NCBI GenBank assembly: GCA_044238435.1 | Contig: JBIIDH010000001.1 | Location: forward strand, 5,101-69,100 | Source: Ilumatobacteraceae bacterium | Lineage (GTDB): Bacteria; Actinomycetota; Acidimicrobiia; Acidimicrobiales; Ilumatobacteraceae | Direction of reading: 5' to 3' | DNA length: 64,000 nt | In this document: positions 1 through 9,168 of the stretch, piece by piece | Layout: each line of letters opens with the position of its first letter | Position numbering within the stretch: the first letter of the stretch is position 1 | The notes under the pieces: generated by a model | Database searches by the model: none | Told to the model about the DNA's origin: nothing | Seen by the model: only the letters and a program-made list of their open reading frames with translations | Translations under genes and position numbers: made by a program

Positions 1-1102
1 CATCGGCGACGACGGCACGCGCTACTCGCGCTGCCACCACGTCGACCGCATCGACCAGATCCACGACGACGTCACCAAGGTGGGCATCAGCATGCTGGTG
101 CCCGATGAGGCACACCCCGATGTGCTGCAGCTCAGTCACGTGTCGAAGACGTTCCACCAGCGCAGCACGGCCATTCCAGCGCTTGTCGATGTCGACCTCG
201 AACTCGTCGAGGGCGAGACACTCGGCATCGTCGGCGAGTCGGGTTCGGGAAAGTCGACGCTCGCCAAGACGATGCTCGGGATCGAGAGCCTCGACATCGG
301 TGGCGCGGTGTCGCTCGACGGCCACCAGCTCGCCGCATCAACCGTCGACCGCACGGCCGCCGACAAGCGCTCGATGCAGATGATCTTCCAGAACCCCGAC
401 TCGGCGCTGAACCGCAGTTGGTCGGTGCGGCGCATCCTGGTGCGTAGTGTCGAGAAGCTCACCGGCATCAAGGGCAAGGAGGCCAACGACCGAGTCGAGG
501 CGTTGGCTGCACATCTGCGGCTCACCCCGCGGCATCTCGACCTCAAGCCTCGCCAACTCTCGGGCGGCCTGAAGCAGCGTGTCGCCATCGCCCGCGCCTT
601 CGTGGGCGATCCGCGCATCGTGGTGTGCGACGAGCCCACCAGCGCGCTCGACGTGTCGGTGCAGGCCGCCATCTTGAACCTGCTCGCCGACCTGCAGTCG
701 GAGAACAAGACGAGTTACGTCTTCATCTCCCACGACATGGGCGTGGTGCGCTACCTGGCCGACCGCATCGCCGTGATGTACCTCGGTCGCATCCAGGAGA
801 TCGGCTCCACCGACGAGGTGTTCAAGGGGCCCAACCACCCCTACACCGAGGCGCTGCTGTCGGCCATCCCCGACGTGGATGGTGGCGTGAAGGAACGCAT
901 CCGCCTCGGCGGCGAGATCCCCAGCCCGGCCAATCCGCCGTCGGGCTGTGTGTTCCACCCTCGCTGCCCGCGGGCCATGCCAGGGGTGTGCGAGGTCAGC
1001 GAACCGCCGCTGCGTGAGGTGTCGCCGGGGCACGCGATGCGCTGCCACATCCCCATCGAGACCCTCGTCGAACTGCAACGCAAGCCCTCGGTCGACGCCT
1101 GA
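1..1102 (+). CDS. ABC transporter ATP-binding protein, C-terminal half of a fused double-ATPase (5' partial); Dpp/Opp-type
   Basis: ORF 80..1102 has Walker A GESGSGKST, the LSGGLKQRVAIARAF signature, Walker B IVVCDEPTSALD and an oligopeptide-ABC C-terminal Cys-rich tail. The frame stays open upstream to base 2 (…GDDGTRYSRCHHVDRIDQ…), matching the linker RCHHTDRVAE of the fused ATPase at 5254..7297. The window therefore begins inside a two-domain ATPase. Confidence 0.85.
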   Translation, partial: IGDDGTRYSRCHHVDRIDQIHDDVTKVGISMLVPDEAHPDVLQLSHVSKTFHQRSTAIPALVDVDLELVEGETLGIVGESGSGKSTLAKTMLGIESLDIGGAVSLDGHQLAASTVDRTAADKRSMQMIFQNPDSALNRSWSVRRILVRSVEKLTGIKGKEANDRVEALAAHLRLTPRHLDLKPRQLSGGLKQRVAIARAFVGDPRIVVCDEPTSALDVSVQAAILNLLADLQSENKTSYVFISHDMGVVRYLADRIAVMYLGRIQEIGSTDEVFKGPNHPYTEALLSAIPDVDGGVKERIRLGGEIPSPANPPSGCVFHPRCPRAMPGVCEVSEPPLREVSPGHAMRCHIPIETLVELQRKPSVDA

Positions 1103-1147
1103 CGGAAGCCCGACCGAGCCGCGTGGCAGCCCGCGGGTGCGGACGGT

Positions 1148-1384
1148 TCAGTCGACGATGCGGTCGACGCTGGTGTCGCGCTGCAGGGTGCACCACCGGT
1201 GGCAGCCGCCCGAGTGGAACCACCGCTCGGTCTGCACGCCCGACCCGTTGGTGTAGAACCACACCCGGTGCAGGTCGCGCTCGTTCGGGTCGGTGATCGA
1301 CGCGGGTGCCTCGGGGTCTTCGCCGCCGAAGCGGAACTCTTCCACCGGACGTGGGCCGCAGTGGGGGCAGGGGATCGTCAGCAT
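1148..1384 (-). CDS. soxD: sarcosine oxidase delta subunit
   Basis: 78-aa product MLTIPCPHCGPRPVEEFRFGG… is the typical SoxD N-terminus. It lies 8 nt downstream of soxB. The ORF-track N-terminal extension is spurious. Confidence 0.8.
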   Translation of the reverse strand: MLTIPCPHCGPRPVEEFRFGGEDPEAPASITDPNERDLHRVWFYTNGSGVQTERWFHSGGCHRWCTLQRDTSVDRIVD

Positions 1385-1392
1385 CGTGGCTC

Positions 1393-2601
1393 CTACTTGG
1401 TGCCGGTCGAGCCGAGGTCGGCCATCGGCTGGTCCTTGGCGAAGCGGTCGAGGGCGAACGGGGCGATGAGTTCGGGCACGCGGCCCGTGGCGATGAGTTG
1501 GGCCAACTGCTCGCCACCGGCGGGGATGGCCTTGAAGCCCCACGTGCCCCAGCCAGTGGTGATGTAGAACCCGTCGACACCGGTGTGGCCGATGATGGGC
1601 GAGAAGTCGGCCGACACGTCGCAGCGACCCGTCCACTGACGCAGGATGCGCAGGTCGCGGGTGAACGGCAGCACCATGGCCATCTTGCGCGAGCACTGCT
1701 GCAGGAACTGGAACGACGACTGCAACGAGTAGCTGGCCTGCGGCTCGTACTCATGGCCGATGAGCATCTGCCCACGGGCGGTCTGCGAGATGTACGAGTT
1801 CATCTCGGTGTCGGAGATGATGTTCGGGAACGTGCGGGCGTAGCTGTTGGTGACGAACGCCTGCAGCGGGTGGGTACGGATGGGCAGGCGCAGGTCGGCG
1901 TGGCGAGCGAGCTCCGACACGTTGCCACCCACGGCGCTCACGACGGCACCCGCGTGGATGTCGCCCATCGGCGTGCGCACACCGGTGACCCGGCCACCGT
2001 CGCGCAGCAGGCCGATGACCGGGGTGTTCTGCACCACGTGCACGCCACGACGCATCGCGCCCTGGGCATAGGCCCACACCACGCGGTCGTGGCGGGCCGA
2101 CGCGCCGGGCAGGTGATAGCTCGCGCCGAGCAACGGGTAGCGGCCGCCGCCGGCGAGGTCGATCTGCGGGCAGAGGCGCTTCACCTCGGCGGGCTCGATG
2201 AAGTGCGTCTCCACCCCGAACGCCTGGTTCAGCAGGGCGCGGGCGCGCTGGGTGCGCAGCGTGGCCTCGCTGTGGGCCAGCCACAGCAGGCCCTTGGTGT
2301 CGTGCATGATCCAGCAGCCGGTCTCGGCCTCGAGCTGTTGGTACAGATGCACGCTGTGGTCGTAGAACTTGATCGACTCAGACAACCCGTAGTTCGAGCG
2401 GATGATCGTGGTGTTGCGGCCCGAGTTGCCGCTGCCGATGTAGTTGGCCTCGATGACCAGCACATCGGTGATGCCGTGCCGCTCGGCGAGGTGGTACGCG
2501 GTCGACAGGCCGTGGCCGCCGCCGCCCACGATGACGACGTCGTACGACGACTTCGGTTCGTGCCAGGCCAGTTCGAGCAGGGTCTCGACGAACTCGTTCA
2601 T
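1393..2601 (-). CDS. soxB: sarcosine oxidase beta subunit (FAD-dependent oxidoreductase)
   Basis: 402 aa with an N-terminal dinucleotide-binding motif (YDVVIVGGGGHGLSTAYHLA) and DAO-family length. Its ATG overlaps the stop of the upstream gamma-subunit gene (ATGA). It sits between soxG and soxD. Confidence 0.85.
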   Translation of the reverse strand: MNEFVETLLELAWHEPKSSYDVVIVGGGGHGLSTAYHLAERHGITDVLVIEANYIGSGNSGRNTTIIRSNYGLSESIKFYDHSVHLYQQLEAETGCWIMHDTKGLLWLAHSEATLRTQRARALLNQAFGVETHFIEPAEVKRLCPQIDLAGGGRYPLLGASYHLPGASARHDRVVWAYAQGAMRRGVHVVQNTPVIGLLRDGGRVTGVRTPMGDIHAGAVVSAVGGNVSELARHADLRLPIRTHPLQAFVTNSYARTFPNIISDTEMNSYISQTARGQMLIGHEYEPQASYSLQSSFQFLQQCSRKMAMVLPFTRDLRILRQWTGRCDVSADFSPIIGHTGVDGFYITTGWGTWGFKAIPAGGEQLAQLIATGRVPELIAPFALDRFAKDQPMADLGSTGTK

Positions 2602-3092
2602 GCCACGGCCCCCAGTCGGTCGGGTACTTCATGGAACGCCGAGCCCGACACGATGAGCAGGGTGCGGTCGGCCTCCATCACCAGCTTGATGGCCAGGCCG
2701 CACACCATGCCCTGGGCCAGCGCCGGCCGGGCGGTGGGCAGCGGCCACTCGAGCTTGTGGGTCAGTGCCGTCAGCTGTGCCGCATCGAGCCAGGCGCCGC
2801 GGAACATGGCCTCGGGTTCGATGATGGCGTGCGGATCGGCGGCGGCCACGGCAGCGGCGTCGTCGACCGTGGCGTCGATGACCAACGCGTCGTCGGGGGC
2901 GACGCGCACCATGATGGCGCCGGCCGGCCAGGAGGCTGCGTCGATGGCAGCGGGATTGGCGGTGATGCGCACAGCCATGAGGGTGGTGAAGCGCATCGGT
3001 TCGAGTGCGTCAGAGGCGGGCACGGGCACCCTCCGGGTCGTAGAACGGGGTGGGAGCGACGGTGGCGGTGCGACCGTCGATGAACACGGCAT
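2598..3092 (-). CDS. soxG: sarcosine oxidase gamma subunit (start uncertain; alternative Met at 2996)
   Basis: A small ORF (133 to 164 aa) wedged between soxA and soxB, translationally coupled to soxB. Size and position fit SoxG. I could not recognise a sequence motif. Confidence 0.55.
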   Translation of the reverse strand: MPCSSTVAPPPSLPPRSTTRRVPVPASDALEPMRFTTLMAVRITANPAAIDAASWPAGAIMVRVAPDDALVIDATVDDAAAVAAADPHAIIEPEAMFRGAWLDAAQLTALTHKLEWPLPTARPALAQGMVCGLAIKLVMEADRTLLIVSGSAFHEVPDRLGAVA

Positions 3093-5214
3093 CGAGGAAT
3101 GGCAGACGTTTCTGCCAGCCGAGCAGCACGGTGTGGCCGAGCAGGGGAGAAGTGAAGCTGGTGGCCACGTGGCCGATCACCTCGCCGCCTTCACGGTCGA
3201 AGATGGGGGCTCCCTCCAAGGGGGCGGGGCCGTCCATCCGCATGCCGAACAGGCGGCGTGAATCCTCGAGGCTCGCCGTGCGGGCCAGCGACGGTCGGCC
3301 GATGAAGAAGGGCTTCTCCATCTTCACGGCCCATTCGAGGCCCAGGCGGGCGGGCGTGGAGTCCATCTCGGAGTCGAGCCCCACGAGGAAGTGGCCCTTT
3401 TCGAGGCGCAGGCCGAACAGCGCCTGCAGGCCGTGCGGGTGGATGCCGAGGTCGGCGCCCAGGCGCATCAGTTCGCGCCACAGTTCGACCGAGTGTGCCG
3501 TGAGGTGGTGCAGCTCGAAGCTGGCCTCGCCGGTGAACGACAGGCGCATCACGTGGCAGGGGACTCCGGCCACTGCGGCGTGCACGTGCTGCAGCATCTT
3601 CGGTGGCTCGGCCAGCCCGGCGCGGCGCAGCAGTTCGCCGGCCAGCGGCCCGGTGACGTTGATCGCTGCCAGCGAGAACGTGCGGTCGAGCACGTGCACG
3701 TCGAGGCCCCAGGTCTCGATCCAGTCGCGTACCCACATCTCGGCGAACGACGCGCCACCCGAGGTGAAGCTGAGGGCGAAACGGGTGTCGCTCTCGCGCA
3801 GGATCATGCCGTCGTCGATGACGTGGCCGCGCTCGTTCAGCAGCAGGGCGTAGCGGCTGCGGCCGGGGCGGATGTCGGCGACGTTGCAGGGGTACAGGCG
3901 CTCGAGCGCTTCGACCACGTCGGGGCCCGACACGATCATCTTGCCCAGCGTCGACACGTCGCCCAGCGACACCGCTTCGCGGACGGCCCAGTACTCGCGC
4001 ACGTGGTCGCCGTAGTTCCAGGGTCGCCACCAGCCGCCGAAGCGGTCCATGTGGGCGCCGAGGGCGAGGTGTTCGTCGTGCAGTGCGGTGCGCCGCCAGG
4101 CGTCGAGGTGCACATCGGCAGCGGCCTCGGCGATGGTGAGCTGACGCGAGGCCGGGCGACCGGTGAACGGTGCCGGCTCGGTGCCGCTGCGGTCGGCGAC
4201 GAAGGCCCGCAGATGCGGCATACATGCCCCGCCCTGACAGGTGCCGGTGCCGCACAGGCTGGCACGCTTCACCAGTTCGAGGTGCTGGAAGCCCTTCTGC
4301 CACACGCCGTCGAGGTCGTCGACGGTCACCTTCGAGCAGGGGCACACCGTGCCGGCCTGCGGGGCTGGCGGGAGGTCGAAGCGCTCGGCGGCCGCACCGA
4401 CGACGCGCACGGAGGGCTCGTCGGTCATGCGGGCGAGCAGGTCGCGAGGTGCTCGGCGAGCGCTGGTCACCACCACGCTGCGGCAGCTGTGCCGGGTGCC
4501 GTCGCGGGTGACCACGGTGTGCACCCAGCCGTCGTCGCCCTCGAAGTGGTCGAGGTCGTCGAGGTCGACGGTGACGCTGTCGTGCAGTTCGATGCCGCGT
4601 GCGGCGAGGTGGGCCGCTGCATCCGGTGTGAGGATGCCGCGCAGCATGTTGCCCTCGCACACCGGGTGCAGTTCGGCGGCACCGGTGGCGATGACCACTT
4701 CGTGGGCGTGCACGTGCAGCATGTGGTCGGGTCGGCGCACGATGACGGTGGGCCCCTGGTAGACGCCCACCACGTCGTCGCCCGACCCGCTGTCGAGCAC
4801 GAGCACCGTGTGACCACCTGCGTGTGCTGCGTCGGCCTCGGCTCGGCCGGCCTCGCTGGCACCGATGACGGCGACGTCGACGTGGGCTCGGCGCACGGCC
4901 ACCTCGATCGGTGGTGCGATGCGGGTGGGGTCGGCCAGCACCGCATTGCGTAGTGGCGGGCCACCCACCAACGGATGCCGGCGCACGTCGAGACCGGGAG
5001 CGGCTGCGGTCTGGCAGGTGCGGGTGAAGCCCACGCCGGCGACGACGGCGGAGCAGTTCCCGCAGTCGCCCGCCAGGCAGAGGGTGCCGCCGTGCTGTGG
5101 GTGCTGGCCGGCGCGGATGATCGCATCGGCCACCGTGTCGCCCGATTCGTAGGGCAGGGGCCGGTCGTCGACCACGATCCGGGCCGCGGAGATCGACTGG
5201 GAGGTCACGGTCAT
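3010..5214 (-). CDS. soxA: sarcosine oxidase alpha subunit (short 734-aa form: ferredoxin-like N-terminus, NAD/FAD domain, GcvT-like folate domain)
   Basis: N-terminus AARIVVDDRPLPYESGDTVADAIIRAG…CLAGDCGNCS matches the SoxA ferredoxin-like region. The C-terminal half is aminomethyltransferase-like. A SD-like AAAGGTG precedes the ATG. Confidence 0.75.
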   Translation of the reverse strand: MTVTSQSISAARIVVDDRPLPYESGDTVADAIIRAGQHPQHGGTLCLAGDCGNCSAVVAGVGFTRTCQTAAAPGLDVRRHPLVGGPPLRNAVLADPTRIAPPIEVAVRRAHVDVAVIGASEAGRAEADAAHAGGHTVLVLDSGSGDDVVGVYQGPTVIVRRPDHMLHVHAHEVVIATGAAELHPVCEGNMLRGILTPDAAAHLAARGIELHDSVTVDLDDLDHFEGDDGWVHTVVTRDGTRHSCRSVVVTSARRAPRDLLARMTDEPSVRVVGAAAERFDLPPAPQAGTVCPCSKVTVDDLDGVWQKGFQHLELVKRASLCGTGTCQGGACMPHLRAFVADRSGTEPAPFTGRPASRQLTIAEAAADVHLDAWRRTALHDEHLALGAHMDRFGGWWRPWNYGDHVREYWAVREAVSLGDVSTLGKMIVSGPDVVEALERLYPCNVADIRPGRSRYALLLNERGHVIDDGMILRESDTRFALSFTSGGASFAEMWVRDWIETWGLDVHVLDRTFSLAAINVTGPLAGELLRRAGLAEPPKMLQHVHAAVAGVPCHVMRLSFTGEASFELHHLTAHSVELWRELMRLGADLGIHPHGLQALFGLRLEKGHFLVGLDSEMDSTPARLGLEWAVKMEKPFFIGRPSLARTASLEDSRRLFGMRMDGPAPLEGAPIFDREGGEVIGHVATSFTSPLLGHTVLLGWQKRLPFLDAVFIDGRTATVAPTPFYDPEGARARL

Positions 5215-5253
5215 CGACAGTACACCTTTGGACAGATTCCTTGTACGAACGTT

Positions 5254-7297
5254 TCAGGAATGATCGGGGGCGGACGCACCCTGGGCAGTGGACGGTCGGG
5301 TCTGCAGGGTGACGAGTTGCTCGAACGGGATGTGGCAGCGGATGACACCACCGTCGGGAGTGGCCAGCAGCGGCGGCTCGACCGTCGAGCACAGGTCGCC
5401 TTCCAGGCGCCGCGGGCAACGGGTGTGGAACACGCAACCGCTCGGCACGTTCACGGCACTGGGGATCTCGCCCTCGAGCCGGATGCGCTCGCGAGTGTTG
5501 CCGTCGACCGACGGTGCCGCCGACAACAGCGCCTCGGTATAGGGGTGGTGCGGCCCGTCGAACACCCGCTCGGCCGGGCCGAGTTCCATGATGCGGCCGA
5601 GGTACAGCACCGCGATGCGGTCGGACAGATAGCGCACCACGCGCAGATCGTGCGAGATGAACAGATAGCTCGTGCGGCTGTCGCGCTGCAGGTCGCCGAG
5701 CAGGTTCAAGATGGCCGCCTGCACCGATACGTCGAGCGACGAGGTGGGCTCGTCGCACACCACGATGCGCGGCTTGCCGGCGAAGGCACGGGCGATGGCC
5801 ACACGCTGTTTCAGGCCACCCGACAACTGCGAGGGCCGCATGTCGAGGTGGCGGTCGGTGAGACGCACGGCGCTGGTGATGCCGTGCAGCTCGGTGTCGA
5901 TCTCCGCCGCAGGCACCTGGCCCAGGCGGCGCAGACTGCGGCCGATGATGCGCCGCACCGAATGGCGGCGATTGAGCGCCGAGTCGGGGTTCTGGAAGAC
6001 GATCTGGATGGCGCGGATGTGGTCGATCGGGCGCTTCTTGGTGTGCGCCGCGAGGGGCGTGCCGTCGAGTGTGACGACCGCTCCCTTGTCGGGCGCCGTG
6101 ATGCCGAGGATCGTGTGGGCGAGCGTGGTCTTGCCGCTGCCCGATTCGCCCACCAGGCCGAGCGTCTCGCCGGCATACAGTTCGAGCGACACATCGCGGA
6201 CGGCTTGGATCTGCTTGCCGCCCTGCTGGAAGGTCTTGCTCACACCCTCGAGGCGCAGTAGGGGAGCGACGCTGCGGTCGACCACCGTGGCCGTGCCCTC
6301 GGGGAACTCCGACGAGGCCAGTTCGGCCACCCGATCGGTGTGGTGGCAGCGCACCATCCGTCCGTCGAGCACGACCGCAGGCGGCACCTCGGTGCGGCAC
6401 CGGTCGCTCGCCAGCGGGCAGCGATCGACGAACACACAGGTGGGCAGATCGGCGCCGAGCGCAGGCAGGAACCCGGGGATCGTCTCGAGCCGCTGAGCGG
6501 TCTGGCGCGAGCCCTGGCGGGGAAGACAGCGCAGCAGCCCAACGGTGTAGGGGTGCTGCGGATTGTCGAACACCTCTTGGGCCGAGCCCTCCTCGACCAG
6601 CTTGCCTGCGTACAGCACGCCCACCCGGTCGCACATCGAGCGGATGGCACCGAGATTGTGCGAGATGAACAGCACCGAGGTGCCGAACTCGCGCTTCAGG
6701 GCCCGCACCAGGTCGAGCACCTCGGCTTCGACGGTGGCGTCGAGGCCGGTGGTGGGTTCGTCGAGGATGAGCAACTGCGGGCTCGAGGCCAGCGCCATCG
6801 CGATGACCACGCGCTGCTGCATACCGCCGGAGAGCTGGTGCGGGTAGCGGCCCAGCACCGAGTCGGGGTCGGCGATCTGCACCTTGTCGAGCATCTCGCG
6901 CGCCCGTTGGCGCGCCTCGGCACGATCGATGCCGATCACCTCGAAGGCTTCCATCAGTTGCGGACCCACCTTGATGGTGGGGTTCAGGGCCTGGCCCGGG
7001 TCCTGGTAGACGATCGAGGCGTTGTTGGCGCGGAGCAGACGCAGCTCCTCGTTCGGCATCGCCATGATGTCGCGGCCGGCGAGCGACACCGTGCCACCGA
7101 TGATGCGGGCGTTGTCGGGTAGATAGCGCACGGCGGCGTAGGCGGCCGTGCTCTTACCGCACCCGCTCTCGCCCACCAGGCCATACGACTCGCCCGGCGC
7201 CACGGCGAACGACACCCCACGCAACACCTCGCGCAGGTTGCCACGCACCATGTAGCCGAGGCGCAGGTCGTCGAACTGGAGCGCTGCCTCGGTCATC
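5254..7297 (-). CDS. ABC transporter ATP-binding protein, fused tandem ATPase domains (DppD/DppF-like)
   Basis: 681 aa from MTEAALQFDDLRLGY. It has two Walker A motifs (GESGCGKST, GESGSGKTT) and two LSGG signatures. Its ATG overlaps the stop of the upstream permease (ATGA). The ORF-track N-terminal 300 aa are out-of-frame read-through of the permease gene. Confidence 0.9.
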
Positions 7298-8186
7298 GGT
7301 CGATCAGCCCCTGGATCCCGTCGGCGATGAGGTTGATGGCCACCACCAGCGAGGCCAGCGCCAGGGCGGGCACCACACACGGCCACCAGGCGTTGCTCAG
7401 CAGGCCGGCGCGCTCTTCGAAGATGGTGCGGCCCCAGTCGGGCGAGCCGGGCTGGGTGCCGAAGCCGATGAACGCGAGGCCGGCCATGGTGAACACGGCG
7501 TAACCGAGGCGGACGGTGAACTCGACGACGATGGGGCCCATCACGTTCGGCAGGATCTCGACGAACATGATGTAGCTGCTGCGTTCGCCGCGTAGTTCGG
7601 CAGCTCGCACGTAGTCGAGGTTGCGCTCGGCGAGAACGGCAGCGCGGATGGTGCGGGCGATGATGGGGCCGAACAGGATGCCGATGAGCAGGATGATGGT
7701 GCCGCGCCCGCTGCTGAGGGCGGTGAGGGCGAGCAGGGCCACCAAGATGAGCGGCAGGCTCATCAGGGCCTCGATGAGTCGGCTCAATGCGTCGTCGAGC
7801 GGGCCACGGAAGTAGCCCATCAGCAGGCCGAGCACAATGCCGATGACAGTTCCGAGGATGACTGCGGCGGGGGCGACGATCATGATCTCGCGGGCGCCGT
7901 AGATGGCCCGGCTGTACACGTCGCGTCCGAACCGGTCGGTGCCGAACCAGTGGCCTTCCTTGAAGAACGGATGGATCCACTTGCTGAGCGGATCCTGCTT
8001 CGACGGGTCGTGGGTGGCGATGACCGAGGGGATGATCGAGCAGACCACCCAGAACAGCACGATGAGCGAGCCGACGATGAAGGTCTTCGACCGGAACAAC
8101 TGGCGGCGCAACTCCTTGCGCACCGCCTTGGCGGTGTACCCGGTGGGCGCACCGGCCGTCGGTTCGAGTTCGGCGGGCATGGTCAT
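7293..8186 (-). CDS. ABC transporter permease (DppC/OppC-like)
   Basis: 297 aa from MTMPAELEP, multi-TM, with a typical permease C-terminus. It overlaps the upstream permease stop by 4 nt. Confidence 0.85.
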   Translation of the reverse strand: MTMPAELEPTAGAPTGYTAKAVRKELRRQLFRSKTFIVGSLIVLFWVVCSIIPSVIATHDPSKQDPLSKWIHPFFKEGHWFGTDRFGRDVYSRAIYGAREIMIVAPAAVILGTVIGIVLGLLMGYFRGPLDDALSRLIEALMSLPLILVALLALTALSSGRGTIILLIGILFGPIIARTIRAAVLAERNLDYVRAAELRGERSSYIMFVEILPNVMGPIVVEFTVRLGYAVFTMAGLAFIGFGTQPGSPDWGRTIFEERAGLLSNAWWPCVVPALALASLVVAINLIADGIQGLIDR

Positions 8187-9130
8187 TGCTTGTTCCCCAG
8201 TCGGACACGGGGGTTGAGCCAGGCGATGAGCACGTCGGCGATGAAGTTCAAGAACATCGCGATGGCGCCCACGATGAAGACCGACCCCATCAGCATCGGG
8301 ATGTCGCGGTCGCCGGCGGCATCGAAGACGAGCAAGCCGAGCCCGCGGTAGTTGAAGAGGGTCTCGGTGACCAACAGGCCACCGAGCAGGTAGCTCACCT
8401 GCACCGCGATGACGGCGATGGTGGGCACGAGCGAGTTGCGCAACACGTGGCGCCGCAGCACGGTGCGCCGCGGCAGGCCCTTCAAGATGGCCGTGCGGGT
8501 GTAGTCGGCCGACAATGCCTCGATGGTGCCGGCTCGTGTCATGCGTGACAGGTACCCGAACAGGATGGCGCTGAGGGTGACCGCAGGAAGGATGAGCACC
8601 TGGATCTGCTCCCAGATCGAACCTTTGGCCGAGCCGCCCGATGGCAGCCATCCCAGCTTCACCGCGAACACGATGATCAGCACGATGCCGATGACGAACT
8701 CGGGCGTGACGGCCAGGCTGAGACCTGCCACGGTGATGAACCGGTCGACGGTCTTGCCCTTGCGCAACGCTGCCACGGTGCCGCCGACGATGCCCAGCGG
8801 CACGACGATGAGGAAAGTCATTGCCGCCAGCTTCAACGACGACCACAGCGCTTTCGGCACGAAGTCCATCACCGGTGCCTTGAACTTGTAGGAGTTGCCG
8901 AAGTCGCCTTGCAGCGCATCGGTGAACCAGCGGATGTAGCGCCCGACCAGCGGCCCGTCGACCCCCAACTCGCGGTTGAGGTTGTCGACGGACTGCTGGT
9001 CGGCGAACGGACCGAGGATGGCTCGCCCCACACTTCCGGGCAGCACAGCGGCAATGGTGAACACCACCACGCTGAGGAGGAACAGCGTGATGAGGGCCAG
9101 GCCGAGCCGGCGGAGGACGAAGCGAGCCAT
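8183..9130 (-). CDS. ABC transporter permease (DppB/OppB-like)
   Basis: 315 aa, MARFVLRRLGLALITLFLLSVVVF…, with the six-TM BPD_transp_1 architecture. Confidence 0.85.
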   Translation of the reverse strand: MARFVLRRLGLALITLFLLSVVVFTIAAVLPGSVGRAILGPFADQQSVDNLNRELGVDGPLVGRYIRWFTDALQGDFGNSYKFKAPVMDFVPKALWSSLKLAAMTFLIVVPLGIVGGTVAALRKGKTVDRFITVAGLSLAVTPEFVIGIVLIIVFAVKLGWLPSGGSAKGSIWEQIQVLILPAVTLSAILFGYLSRMTRAGTIEALSADYTRTAILKGLPRRTVLRRHVLRNSLVPTIAVIAVQVSYLLGGLLVTETLFNYRGLGLLVFDAAGDRDIPMLMGSVFIVGAIAMFLNFIADVLIAWLNPRVRLGNKQ

Positions 9131-9168
9131 CGCTGGAGGTCAGATGGAGGTGAGTGGAGCCGGCAGCG

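Noticed and set aside
2598-5214. Alternative call of soxAGBD as N-methylglutamate dehydrogenase (mgdABCD) or opine oxidase
   Set aside because: No gmaS or mgsABC genes (N-methylglutamate pathway) and no opine-synthase context were found. The adjacent DMGO and betaine genes favour sarcosine oxidase. The alternative cannot be excluded without phylogeny, so confidence in the specific substrate is moderate.
3191-6634. Very long opposite-strand ORFs: 3191..6634 (1147 aa), 20527..23970 (1147 aa), 47481..51626 (1381 aa), 58344..61385 (1013 aa), 30543..33041 (832 aa), 39831..41942 (703 aa), 9140..11181 region and others, with Arg/Pro/Gly/His-rich translations
   Set aside because: They lie antisense to confidently recognised genes and show extreme low-complexity Arg/Pro/Gly/Ala composition typical of off-frame translation of 70% GC DNA. 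They have no recognisable domains. They are artefacts, not genes.
5254-8208. ORF-track N-terminal extensions (for example 984-aa version of the ABC ATPase, 708-aa permease, 661-aa SBP, 618-aa Rieske, 939-aa DMGO, 464-aa PrcA, 662-aa PrmA, 560-aa hexapeptide protein, 410-aa GNAT)
   Set aside because: The upstream parts are out-of-frame read-through of neighbouring genes with junk composition. Conserved N-termini, SD sequences and ATGA/GTGA coupling define shorter true genes, as annotated.
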